A stretch of 63,541 nucleotides of DNA, filler included, from Octopus bimaculoides (Eukaryota): the NCBI RefSeq assembly GCF_001194135.2. It is 7 parts of 5 records of this genome, joined end to end, with 100 filler letters (N's around TTAATTAATTAA, not from the genome) between each part and the next. Parts side by side here need not be neighbours in the genome. Positions count along the whole stretch, not along the records: positions 10,853 to 27,325 come from NC_068996.1; 6 more parts are not named here. One strand, given 5' to 3'. Of this stretch, positions 13,120 through 25,419 are shown piece after piece. The notes below the pieces were generated by a model, which was given only the letters and a program-made list of their open reading frames with translations, did no database searches and was not told the origin of the DNA. The position numbers and the translations under genes were made by a program. Every line of letters begins with the position of its first letter. The stretch's first letter is position 1.

Positions 13120-13620
13120 TTCAATCCAATACTTCTTTGTAGACTATGTTCTTCGTGTAAGTTCTCCCTCTTCTTTCCCCTTATTTGTCAGCGTTAATGA
13201 CTTTAACCCTCACATCAGACAATTTGTGAGCCCTTGAGAATGCAACATATAGCTGACCATGGCCGAATAGAGGTTCAGGCAAGAACAGCCCCATTTTATC
13301 AAATGTCTACCATTGTGATTTCTTGATAGTCATTGCATATGACAGGCGAACGGGAAACTGGTTTCTTTCTAAAGTAAATAGCAAGTTTGGATCGCTGAGT
13401 GCCAGCTTTATTCTGGGAATGAGAACACGTCTCCCGATCAATGTACCACCTATTATTGAGGCTTCAGTAGAATGTTAACGCTGGGCTTCCACTTCCAGTC
13501 TTGATCTGTTACACAGACCATTTTGAATTGAAATATTCTTCAGAAGCATTAATACTAGAGGGACCCGTAAATATTTCATGGAATTAATGGTAAACCTATT
13601 GGGTTATCCCTGGAAACTTT
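13120..13620 (-). mobile_element. Helitron Rep/Hel PIF1-like helicase C-terminal fragment
   Basis: Minus strand: LMLLKNISIQNGLCNRSRL...VLIPRIKL...[43 protein letters not shown]...KNIVYKEVL, the PIF1/Helitron helicase motifs. Confidence 0.9.
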
Positions 13621-14947
13621 ATCCAAAAACCTCTCTTTCTGTCCATCCTCTCTCTCTCTCTCTCTCTCTGTCCCTCCTCTCCCTCTTCCTTCCTCTCTCT
13701 GTCCTTCCTCTCTCTGTCCATCCTATCTCCCCCCTCTTTCTCTGCCTTTCTTTAACCTTACCATCACAACATCACCCCTCTTCTAAAATTATATTTTTAA
13801 CTCTCCTTTATATCATTACTTACTTCAACAAAAATTTTTAACCACGTAATAAATATCAAGTTCCCCCATCCTCACGTCATGGACGCTGCTCTCTCCCACT
13901 TTTTCTCTCTCCTTTTTATTCTTTCTCCCTCTTTCTGTCGCACTCTTCGTCTTATCCTCTTTTTCTCTCTCCCTCTTTTTCATTTTTTCTCTATTTCTCT
14001 CTTTTCTTTCTTCCTCTTTTTCTCTAATCACGTGAAAGCGTTATCGACGGGCTAAATAACGTAATGACAAGCAGAATAATTATAAGATAATGACTGGGCA
14101 CACATTCAGTCTTCCACATGTATGTGTTTATATATATAGATATAAAGTTGTTGTATACTGCCAACTTAACATGACAGCCCCAATAAGGGTATATACTACT
14201 GCTATTTAGCCCTAGGAAGTTGGACCGCCTCCTGTCGGCCTTGACACATTTCCTGTGTCCTTATGTTTGCGAGGGGGAGACAAACTCCTGCACCCAGCCT
14301 AGCCTGCATTCAGGGGCATGTTTCTGAGTCTTTGCTCGTCACACACACATATATATATATNNNNNNNNNNNNNNNNNNNNNNNNNNNNNNNNNNNNNNNN
14401 NNNNNNNNNNNNNNNNNNNNNNNNNNNNNNNNNNNNNNNNNNNNNNNNNNNNNNNNNNNNNNNNNNNNNNNNNNNNNNNNNNNNNNNNNNNNNNNNNNNN
14501 NNNNNNNNNNNNNNNNNNNNNNNNNNNNNNNNNNNNNNNNNNNNNNNNNNNNNNNNNNNNNNNNNNNNNNNNNNNNNNNNNNNNNNNNNNNNNNNNNNNN
14601 NNNNNNNNNNNNNNNNNNNNNNNNNNNNNNNNNNNNNNNNNNNNNNNNNNNNNNNNNNNNNNNNNNNNNNNNNNNNNNNNNNNNNNNNNNNNNNNNNNNN
14701 NNNNNNNNNNNNNNNNNNNNNNNNNNNNNNNNNNNNNNNNNNNNNNNATGTATATATATATATATATATATAAAATATATAGTTTTAGGGAAAATAACCA
14801 ATTATCAAGAACTCATCGATGATAATCCACTATCACATATAGAAAAATTAATAATTAAAAGCACAATAAATGAGTATAATATAAAGTAAAGTAAATATCA
14901 TAAGATAAATATAATAAAAAGATTACACGTGTTTCATATCCTGATAT

Positions 14948-14989
14948 CTGGTACTGAAGAGAGTTAAAAGCCAGAAATGCATCTACCAG
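14948..14989 (+). ncRNA. Minimal type I hammerhead ribozyme motif
   Basis: CTGGTA-CTGAAGA-GAGTTAAAAGCCA-GAAA-TGCA-TC-TACCAG. Perfect 6-bp stem I, palindromic stem III ATGCAT, AUC cleavage triplet. Stem II is poor. Confidence 0.6.
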
Positions 14990-15114
14990 TCCATAGTAGT
15001 GGCACCCGGAGCTCACAATCGTATTCTAAAACGACAATGGTATTCTTATACCTTCTTATCATAAACATATGTATATGTTCATCTGCATGTATTTGCGTCC
15101 TTGTGTTTGCTGCC

Positions 15115-15290
15115 ACTACCGTTTGACAGCCGGTGTTGTTGTGTTTACAACCCAGTAAATTAGTGTTTCGACGAAAGAGACCGATATAATGTATACCAGG
15201 TTTTTAGAAAACAAATAGTGGAATCGATTGGTTCAACATAAAATTCTCCAAGACAGTCTAATGACTGAAACAAGTAAAGGGTAAAAGTTT
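15115..15290 (+). mobile_element. SINE family B, 3' half (degenerate)
   Basis: TTGACAGCCGGTGTTG..GTGTTTAC..AAAGAGACCGATA..GACTGAAACAAGTAAA, homologous to 22140-22290 and 30530-30740. Confidence 0.65.
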
Positions 15291-15368
15291 GCAGGCTTGA
15301 ACAAGGAACCGCTTGTTAATGAAAGGAAATTCTTAACGATATTGTTATGCCGTCGCTTATTCTTATAG

Positions 15369-15401
<33 letters not shown>

Positions 15402-16161
15402 NNNNNNNNNNNNNNNNNNNNNNNNNNNNNNNNNNNNNNNNNNNNNNNNNNNNNNNNNNNNNNNNNNNNNNNNNNNNNNNNNNNNNNNNNNNNNNNNNNN
15501 NNNNNNNNNNNNNNNNNNNNNNNNNNNNNNNNNNNNNNNNNNNNNNNNNNNNNNNNNNNNNNNNNNNNNNNNNNNNNNNNNNNNNNNNNNNNNNNNNNNN
15601 NNNNNNNNNNNNNNNNNNNNNNNNNNNNNNNNNNNNNTATATATTAATTTGTTTGGCTAACGATTTCGGACGGGGGATGTGTTTATTGAAAAAGTAAGCG
15701 CACGTTACTCTTAATCGCAAACCGATATATATTAATATGTGTACAACCGTACGGCTATATCCGGTTATGCGTTTGCCTAAATAATACCCATTTACCGTCC
15801 ATCAATAATCTTGATATGTATACCAATTTATGGATCCGTCAACTCTTTTGAATTTAGTGTTGACGGTCCTAATAAATTTATGTAACCCTGCCGATGTAAG
15901 TCATAACGCAAGTGCTTTTAGTAGCACCCACCATAATGCCCCTACACAATCTGTGTATCCATTCACGTGCGTTAACTTATTAAGTACAAGTGGCTTTCTT
16001 TCTTTATCTTTTTTTTCCTTTTGTTTTTGTCTTTTCTTTGGATGTTTGCGTTTTTAGTTTTATATATTTACTTTAACAACCACTACCAAAAACAAATCAA
16101 AAATTAACTTGGTGGCACAAGAACGACGCTGCCCAGAATTTCTTGCAGGAAACACTAGACT

Positions 16162-16231
<70 letters not shown>

Positions 16232-16287
16232 CAGCAGCAGCAGCAGCAGCAGCAGTGGTAATAACAACGACAATAATAATAATAATC

Positions 16288-16433
16288 CTTTCTAGTATTG
16301 GCACAAGGCCTGAAATTGTTGGGGAGGGAGCTAGTCGATTACATCAACCCCAATATTTCATTGATACTTAATTTATCGACCCCGAATGAATGAAAGGCGA
16401 AGTCGACCTCGACGGAATTTGAACACTCAGAAC
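16288..16433 (-). mobile_element. tRNA-derived SINE family A (partial)
   Basis: TCGATTACATCAACCCC...TTATCGACCCCGAA..GAAAGGCGAAGTCGACCTCG.CGGAATTTGAAC, shared with at least 10 copies in the window. Confidence 0.8.
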
Positions 16434-16445
16434 CGATTCTGTCAG

Positions 16446-16493
<48 letters not shown>

Positions 16494-16547
16494 GTAATAA
16501 TAATGATAATGATAATGATAATAATAAAAATAACAATAATAATAATA

Positions 16548-16596
<49 letters not shown>

Positions 16597-16628
16597 TAAT
16601 GATGATGATGATGATGATGACGACGACG

Positions 16629-16660
<32 letters not shown>

Positions 16661-16706
16661 AATAATAATAATAATAATAACAATACTCATAGAAATAAAA
16701 ACGGAA

Positions 16707-16972
16707 GCATCATAGCCATGTGTTGAGAGATATTCTTTGGGGTTTGAAATAATTCACCTTTGGAAACATGGGTGTTTCGATCTACATCCTTAAACAAACC
16801 TTATTCAGGGACCTTTGGAGCGGGATGAGCTACTCGACCTGAAGAAAATTCTAACTGGGCCCCACATGCAAGGTCATGCGCTGCCTATCTTGATATGAGA
16901 TCACCATGTGGCGCACATATGGCTGTGATGCATGTGCCTGGTGTACCCTTATCAGACGGGTAGTCATGGGAT
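16707..16972 (+). mobile_element. Interspersed repeat family D (probable LINE 3' end or SINE)
   Basis: Close homolog of 42549-42815 (GCATCATAGCCATGTGTTGAGAG...CAGA.GGGTAGTCATG). Both copies sit next to (AAT)n arrays. Confidence 0.75.
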
Positions 16973-17014
16973 ATTATTTATTATTTTTGTTATTGTATTA
17001 GCAATATTTCGTGT

Positions 17015-17122
17015 GTCGCTACGTTTTTAGTTCAAATTCCACTGAGGTCAACTTTACCATTCATTCTTTCGGGGTCCATAAATTAAGTAACAGTGAAACA
17101 CAGGGGTTCGATGTAATCTACT
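17015..17122 (+). mobile_element. SINE family A (partial)
   Basis: AGTTCAAATTCCACTGAGGTCAACTTT...TCGATGTAATC followed by an (ATT)n tail. Confidence 0.75.
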
Positions 17123-17151
17123 TTATTATTATTATCATTATTATTATTATT

Positions 17152-17201
<50 letters not shown>

Positions 17202-17245
17202 TATCGTTGTTGTTGTTGTTGTTATTATCATTATTATTATTATTA

Positions 17246-17336
<91 letters not shown>

Positions 17337-17403
17337 GTCNNNNNNNNNNNNNNNNNNNNNNNNNNNNNNNNNNNNNNNNNNNNNNNNNNNNNNNNNNNNN
17401 NNN

Positions 17404-17634
17404 GTGCTGTGGTTTGCTGTGGTGCTCTTATGTTTACTGTATTGAAAGTGTTTTGCGTAGAATGTGTGCAGTACCCAGTAGTGCAATTTTCTGTATGTTA
17501 CATATATTTGTAAGTCCTGGTATTTTTGTTATGTATTTGTCTGAGTATTTTTTAATTATACCTAAGGCACCTACTATGATAGGAATTGTTTCTGTTTTTA
17601 GACTCCACATTCGAGTTATCTCTATTTCCAGGTC
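17404..17634 (-). mobile_element. R4/Dong LINE 3' end
   Basis: Reverse complement is near-identical to 52505-52735 (DLEIEITRMWSLKTETIPIIVGALGII...LGTAHILRKTLSIQ). Embedded in (TTA)n arrays. Confidence 0.9.
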
Positions 17635-17701
<67 letters not shown>

Positions 17702-17998
17702 CGTCATCATCATTATTATTATAACGATACCAACAGCAAATAATAGCAAATATCGAATAAATCAATGTATTTGTTGGGATATCGAAGAGCCAGTTTGACC
17801 ATATATCAATTTATGTTAACTCCTGTAAATATTTACATGAGTAATAAATAGCATGAATACTAGGCAAGCTGGCGGAATTCTAATTAAAACCTGAGATAAG
17901 AGAGGCTAAGGCAGAAATGAAGAGAATGAAAAGGAAAAGTGTGTGTGAGAGAACGCGAGAACGTATTAGATTGTATGTTGCCTCAGTGAGAGTGAGAC

Positions 17999-18093
<95 letters not shown>

Positions 18094-18408
18094 TAGCTAG
18101 CTAGCAAGCTGAATAGATAGATCGATCGATAGAGAGATACACATATACATGGAGAGAGAAAGAGAGAGAGAGAGGGAGAGATAGAAAGAAGGAGAGAAAC
18201 ATACACAGAAAGAAAAATGGAAACATAGTCAAAGAGATGGAGACAGAGAGCGGGTGAGACAAAAATGTGTATAGAAAAATCAGAAAGAAACATAGAATGA
18301 TTGTTGCGTTAAATTCTAATAGATTTTACGATACTATATTAATATATTTCGTTCTTGTATCTAGCTTGCAAGATTTTTTATATGATTTCGTGTGTTGAAG
18401 CAAATTGT

Positions 18409-18443
<35 letters not shown>

Positions 18444-18472
18444 NNNNNNNNNNNNNNNNNNNNNNNNNNNNN

Positions 18473-18517
<45 letters not shown>

Positions 18518-19188
18518 TGTGTGTGTGTGAGTGTGTGTGTACGTGCGCGCGCGATATGTTTCCATATGTGTCTCACGCACACACACAAGTAGACAGAAAC
18601 ACACGACCATACACACGCATACACGAATACACACAAAGACACATCCCCACATCCATACAAAACTGACGCACACAAACCCTACACATAGACACACTCAAAC
18701 ATACACACACAAGGAGACAGAGGTACACACACAAATACACACACAAACACATACACAAACAAACATACAAATGCACAAACACACACACATAAACACATGT
18801 ATATACAAAATACATACATACATGCATGCGAACATAGATAAATACATATATGCATACACACACATAAATACATACATATGCGCGTACACAATCAGACATG
18901 CATACTGACGCACACATGCGCACAAACAGACAAAAAAGAACGCCGCTCCAATGATGGACTGTCAACATCATTGACAAGGCTGAGAAAGCAACGAAAATTT
19001 TGTAAAGAAACATATAGATAATAAATGAGTGGAAATCGAACCGGTGAGTGTGTTAGATAATAAGGCATTAGGACAATATGACTCTTCCCAAGCACAACAA
19101 AATATATTAATATAGCTATGAGGAAAGAAAAACGCTGTAAAAAGAACGGAACATATGAATGTATGTTGATCCTCTAGGATTATGAGTG

Positions 19189-19413
19189 GAGTAATTCCTC
19201 GATTATCGCACATGTTAGGTTCCAACTCCACCCCACGATAGGTAAAAATCCGTGAAGTAGAAACAGTACTACACTATATATTTTTTTAATGTTATTTTTA
19301 TAATTTGTAAATATTTATTTTATTATAAATGCAAAACAACGCCACGGAGGAATCAACATAAGCTTAAATAATAAACCGCAATAGGTGAACCGCGATATGG
19401 CGAGGTATTACTG
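19189..19413. mobile_element. Tc1/mariner (Tigger-like) MITE
   Basis: Imperfect TIRs (G)AGTAATTCCTCG...CGAGGTATTACTG followed by TA. Homologous copy at 37780-37968. Confidence 0.65.
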
Positions 19414-20269
19414 TATGTGTTTGTAAATCACTTCGTCAGGAGTTGAATGAACTTCCTGGTTCTATACAATGATAAGGCTAATAAAGGCTTGTTAGGTGAT
19501 TATCAAAGAAAAATCTACTGGGGAAAATTTTAAGCGAAGATATAAAAACAAGCATGTATAGGAAAAACGAGACATAGGACAGTATGTTTATTTATTCTAT
19601 CATGGCACAAGAAAACAAGGAGTAGTTGAGATTATAGTTATTCTTTTAATTCTGTATTTATCAGAATTCTCCATGGAAGGAAGGAGCTAGTTCCCAGTAA
19701 AGAAACAAATGCTCCCGTCACTGGTTAGCAGTAGTGGTAATTTTTGCATACTAGACATTAAGAAAGCCTTGCATATTTTTACTGTTACACTTAGAGGTTG
19801 TATCAAGAAGTACGTGTTACTCGGCCCCTCTCTTCCTCCATACGCTCTTTTTCTCGCTCTCGTTACCAGAATATCATAGCCATTTCAGATTGTAGCTTAC
19901 ATATTTAGTAATGTAAAGGAGTGCACCAATAATCACTGGTATAAATGTAAATTTATAACGAGGTTAGAAGAGCTGCGAGCTTCCATGTAGCTGTTCATAT
20001 ATTGTCTCTTTTCCGCTGATTTTGGGGGAGATGTTCACATCTGCAGAGCAGTTACCCTTTATAAATGATATTTCTTTCCTGTCCCAAATAATCTCTAGTA
20101 GGTTTGTTATATTTTGACTTGATAGAAGTTTTTATGCGAATGTTCCACCGATATTACTGGTATTGTTATTTATCTATCTATCCCTCTATATATTTATGTG
20201 TGTGCATGTATATATATATATATATACAAAATCCCTAAACACTTTTCCGCTCTCCGTTTTTCGTTCTCT

Positions 20270-20390
20270 CCCCATTTTTTCTCATCCTTTTTATTTGTCG
20301 AAGAGCGTAAACTCGAAACATAAAAAAACTTTTCCATTATTCTCAAGTGTCAAACTAATATTCCGTCACCTGTCTTCGTCTTTTGTTTTC
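20270..20390 (+). mobile_element. PLE pLTR-like repeat (degenerate)
   Basis: GAAGAGCGTAAACTCGAAACAT...GTCAAACTAATA matches the copy at 30310-30450. Confidence 0.5.
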
Positions 20391-21365
20391 TGTAAATTTA
20401 AACTATATATCTATATATATATAGATAGATATGTAAGGAAAATACATTGCTCTTATAATCATCTGAGGCCAGTCCTTAGTCTTTTCAGCAGATTACAGTG
20501 CGTGCTGTTTCAACAATAGAATAACGGTTTAATTGTAAATAGTATCGTGATGACTGATGACATTTTTCGTTGTCTGTTGATCGCATATTTATGTAAGAGT
20601 GATATAACCGACATTTGCTGTTGCATGTTGGGAGTTTAATGGTTTCTCTGTCCTGTTCGCTCCTTAAAACTCCATGATACTAAGGAACACGCCTAATCAT
20701 GACGACTTACACACTTGACGAAACAATAGCCTTCACCTTCCCAAAACAAACAGGTCAAATCTCTTAGATGACACCGACAAGTTTATAAATCTGCTGACCA
20801 ACTAACCTTTCCACCTACTTACATACTTTTGCGATCATTTAAGAATTAAAGCTGACACTTAAATAAGTACAACTGATTACAAAGTTTTACATGCTTGTCA
20901 ACACTCTGAATAATAGCCTTCAAATTTCCAACTCAAGCAGGTTAAACTTTCTATAAATTTTCAAATAAAATCAACAACTGTTCTTGCATTTTTTATGCGG
21001 ATTCCTAAAAAGCAAGCTCAAAATTTGAAGCTGGCAAACCTAAAGAGATACACCTGATTACAAATTTCTATATGCACGACTGTATTACGAACAATGAGAC
21101 AAGTACAAATTTAATCAATGAAATTATTCCAAATTTATTCGATAAAAACATGCCATAAAAGCTTTTCTGTCAGATATTACATTACATAGTAATTATAATT
21201 CAAGAGATTTCCATCTACTTCGAAAATTAAACATGTGAAGTAAAGCCAAGATGGATTCAAATGTACCACAGTCCGATGAAAGATACCGTTCTTATTTATG
21301 AATCTTCAGAAAGTTTTGAATACACCTCCTTAATGTAAAATTGTTTTTATCATAACTCCACACAA

Positions 21366-21397
<32 letters not shown>

Positions 21398-21854
21398 AGA
21401 GTGACAAACAGACAGACAGATAGACAGACACATACACACATGTACACACACAACCAAACATATATTCTTATCTATGGTTCTATTCTAAATTTAGTTATGT
21501 GAACTGAGAAAGGAGCAGGTTTCTAAAAGACACATCAAGCTCCATCTTTTTAAGAAACCAGTTCCTTCCATCTTCAATGAGATTAACTTAAACTTGAGTA
21601 AAATCTAGCATTTATTTTTTTCTTTTCGGATTTGCAAATTTGTATTCGTGATGTATGTGTAAGTGGATATATATATATATTTTTTTCAGGAACCCTTGCT
21701 TTTCTAGTTTGTCACTTAAGCATTTACTAAAAAGACTAACTGCACCAATTATTATTGTATAAATCTGAATTTATAATCTGGCCATAGAAGTTAAAGGTTT
21801 CGAAGCAGTTGTCTGTAGTCATCTTCTTTCTCCTTGATTTTCGTAGTTATTCAT

Positions 21855-22030
21855 AGACACAGCTGAGTCTGTGTGGTAAAAAGCTTGCTTCTCAACCACT
21901 GGTTCCGGGTTGTGTTCCTCTGCGTGACACCTTGGACAAGTGTCTTTTATTATAGCCTCAGGCTGAGCAAAGCCTTGTGAGTAGTTTTGGTGGACGGAAA
22001 CTAGATAAAAACCCGACGTCTATATGTATA

Positions 22031-22075
<45 letters not shown>

Positions 22076-22290
22076 ATGTGAGTGTATGTGCGTGTGTGTG
22101 TTTGTCTTTGCGTCTGTGTTTGTTCCCCACCACCACCACCACCGCTTGACAACTGGTGTTGATGCGTTTACCTCTCCGTAACTTAGCTGTTCCTCGATAT
22201 GTGAAGTACTAGGCTTTAAAAGAATAAGTTTTAAAAGCAGTGCCCCAGCATGGCCGCAGCCGATTGACTGAAACAAGCAAAACATAAAAT
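21855..22290 (+). mobile_element. Near full-length tRNA-derived SINE family B with internal (GT)n microsatellite
   Basis: tRNA-like head (TGTGTGGTAAAAAGCTTGCTT...GGTTCCGGGTT), CORE-like ACCTTGGACAAGTG, internal (GT)n, and tail CCAGCATGGCCGCAG..GACTGAAACAAG. Confidence 0.85.
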
Positions 22291-23161
22291 ATATCATCAG
22301 AGCAGTTGATTGGTAAGTGATGCATATGTTTTTGTGATGCATATGTTTCCGCAAAAAAAAAAAAAAAATTACAAAAATGTACGGCAACTCTTCACGCTAA
22401 GCTCTTAAACAAAAGCAGATTATTCTAAAGATAGTGTACAGGGAGAAGAGAGACGAAAACATTTCCGTTCATGAAGCTCAATCTCAAGATGTTCAATCAT
22501 TCTAATCTAAGAACTGGAATGAGAAAATGGTTAAATACAGAGAGGAATAAATATTGTACAACACCGAGACTGAAATATACGTCCACTCCTTACGAAACCG
22601 CAGGAAGAGTGTATGTGTACATATGACTTATGAATGCAAGTTTGTATGTACTCGCGAACGGACGTGGTTAAGTATCCACGTGTGTATGAAGGAAGAAGAA
22701 GAATATCTACAAATGCAGATTTGACCCTTTTTCCTGACCTGTTCAGTCGGCCCTGTCACTAACATCTTCCTTCTTTCTCTTTCTCATTCTCTTTTTCTCT
22801 CATACCTACTTCTTTATTCACGTCCCACCCAAAACTCTGCCTCAATATCCTTTTCCTTTCTTCTTATTTTCTGGCTCTCGCGTCCATATAATAACCGCTT
22901 GCTCGACGCCTAAGAAATTCCATCATGGGTTGTGGTATAACTGAACAATATTTTTGCTTCTATTTTCATTATTAATCATTTCCTATTATTTATTTTTTAT
23001 GCGTTTCTTGCTTGAATCTCCATTATCATTTATAATACAGTCTCAGAAGAAATCACCTTCAAATCTTAGAATGTTGTTAAATTCCTACAAAATATCACTA
23101 GCTGATAAGAGACGGTAGGATATTCCGTCTTGCATTTTAAATCTTCCATTTGATTTCATGG

Positions 23162-23200
<39 letters not shown>

Positions 23201-23344
23201 TTATACATGCATGTCAGTGTGTGTGTGTGTGTGTATATTATATTATATGCATATATATATATATATATATATATNNNNNNNNNNNNNNNNNNNNNNNNNN
23301 NNNNNNNNNNNNNNNNNNNNNNNNNNNNNNNNNNNNNNNNNNNN

Positions 23345-23700
23345 NTATATTGTTGTACTTGGGGATGGTCATATTGCCAGTTTAGCCAATAAAAACACAC
23401 GCACTGTATATTTGGTGTTAATTTTTTTTTTTTTTTTTTTCAGCTTTATATTACATTAATCTTAATCTTAATCTTATTTCGGCCAGAGTTCTTTCGTCAC
23501 ACTTCTGTGACCTCATCAGTGGTCCTTTGTTTCCTTCTTTCTTATGTGTGTCTCACCTTGCTAACTATCAGCCATTTTGTATTTTGTATTCCTATTGTAT
23601 GTGTCTACGCATGCGTGTCCTTCAATGTGTATGTGTCTTTTGTAAGTGCATGTGTGTATGGGGAGTGTCTGTATCACCTATATTCTCTGTTAATACGTGT
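23345..23700 (-). mobile_element. Probable PLE pLTR region
   Basis: Contains a hammerhead at 23481-23525. 23345-23375 resembles about 51515-51545. Confidence 0.5.
23481..23525 (-). ncRNA. Type I hammerhead ribozyme motif
   Basis: Minus strand: GGACCA-CTGATGA-G-GTCACA-GAAG-TGTGAC-GAAA-GAAC-TC-TGGCC. 6-bp stem II, intact CUGAUGA and GAAA, near-palindromic stem III, UC cleavage site, stem I GG(A)CCA/TGGCC. Confidence 0.75.
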
Positions 23701-23794
23701 TCATATATATATATATTTATATATATATAAATATACACACACATATATAAAAAAATAAACATACATAGATACATACATATACTTAAGCATATGC

Positions 23795-23831
<37 letters not shown>

Positions 23832-23841
23832 NNNNNNNNNN

Positions 23842-23884
<43 letters not shown>

Positions 23885-24021
23885 TTTACAAATATGTTTA
23901 ATATATATTAAATTATAGTCTATGAAATACACACAATCTCTCGATTTCTCCATGCATACACACACACACACGCAGACATCTATATTACATGTATGTATGT
24001 ACATATGAATGTATGTATGAA

Positions 24022-24055
<34 letters not shown>

Positions 24056-24894
24056 ATGCATGTATGTATGTATGTCTGTCTGTATGTATGTATGTATGTA
24101 TACAATACTTTCTCTCCTTTTCTGTTTGGAGCTTACTCTGACAGACACATTCTCACAGAGATTTTTAATCTTCCCTATGCATACTTTCTCTGATTCCTTT
24201 TGTCTCTGACACGGACACCCTATACAAAATCATCCAGAGAAACACTCCCCGTCTCACTTTCTCATTAAAATATATACGTATGTGTGTGTGTATATATATG
24301 TGTGTGTGTGCGTATGTATGTAAACATATGTACATAATATATATACATAATCATATATATATATATATTTACATACATATATGTAATCATATACACATAT
24401 ACACATACACATTTATATATATGTGTGTGTGTGTGTGTGAATTTACGTACGTATATCATTTTCATTAAAGCCCCTCTCTCTAGTCTCTAGCCATTCTCTC
24501 TCTCATTCTCTCTCTTTCTTTTTCGCTCTCTGGCTCTCTGAGCTTTACCATCTGTCTGTCTTTTCGTTAGCAAATAATGGAAGGATTGGTCGAAGCAGAC
24601 CTGTTGACTCCATGTGTATTTAGCTAGGTTGGCTCAAGTACATATATCTCGTCGAGTCATTTCTATTGACTCTGTCAGTGTTAGGTCTGAAAACTGATAT
24701 CTGGAGGTGGTAGGTGGGAGGTACAGGAAGTGGCAGGAAAAGTGGAATAGGTGGAAAGAGAAAGAGAGGTAGGTGGAAAGGAAGGAAAAGAAAAAGAATA
24801 TAAACGTGTGTGGCTGTGAAGAAACTGTGTAATGCTGCTAGAATTCATTTGCTACACATATATATTTATATTTGTATATGTGTATGTATGTATG

Positions 24895-24931
<37 letters not shown>

Positions 24932-25419
24932 NNNNNNNNNNNNNNNNNNNNNNNNNNNNNNNNNNNNNNNNNNNNNNNNNNNNNNNNNNNNNNNNNNNNN
25001 NNNNNNNNNNNNNNNNNNNNNNNNNNNNNNNNNNNNNNNNNNNNNNNNNNNNNNNNNNNNNNNNNNNNNNNNNNNNNNNNNNNNNNNNNNNNNNNNNNNN
25101 NNNNNNNNNNNNNNNNNNNNNNNNNNNNNNNNNNNNNNNNNNNNNNNNNNNNNNNNNNNNNNNNNNNNNNNNNNNNNNNNNNNNNNNNNNNNNNNNNNNN
25201 NNNNNNNNNNNNNNNNNNNNNNNNNNNNNNNNNNNNNNNNNNNNNNNNNNNNNNNNNNNNNNNNNNNNNNNNNNNNNNNNNNNNNNNNNNNNNNNNNNNN
25301 NNNNNNNNNNNNNNNNNNNNNNNCACACACACATGCTGTTCAGATGCAGAGCAGTATATATTAAAAATGGGGAATGCCGGCTTATGGCATTACTTTAGGT
25401 TTCCCGTTTATAAAGGGTT

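Noticed and set aside
20690-21300. Coding-like, stop-riddled stretch starting MTTYTLDETIAFTFPKQ (possible LINE ORF1)
   Set aside because: No diagnostic motif recognised.
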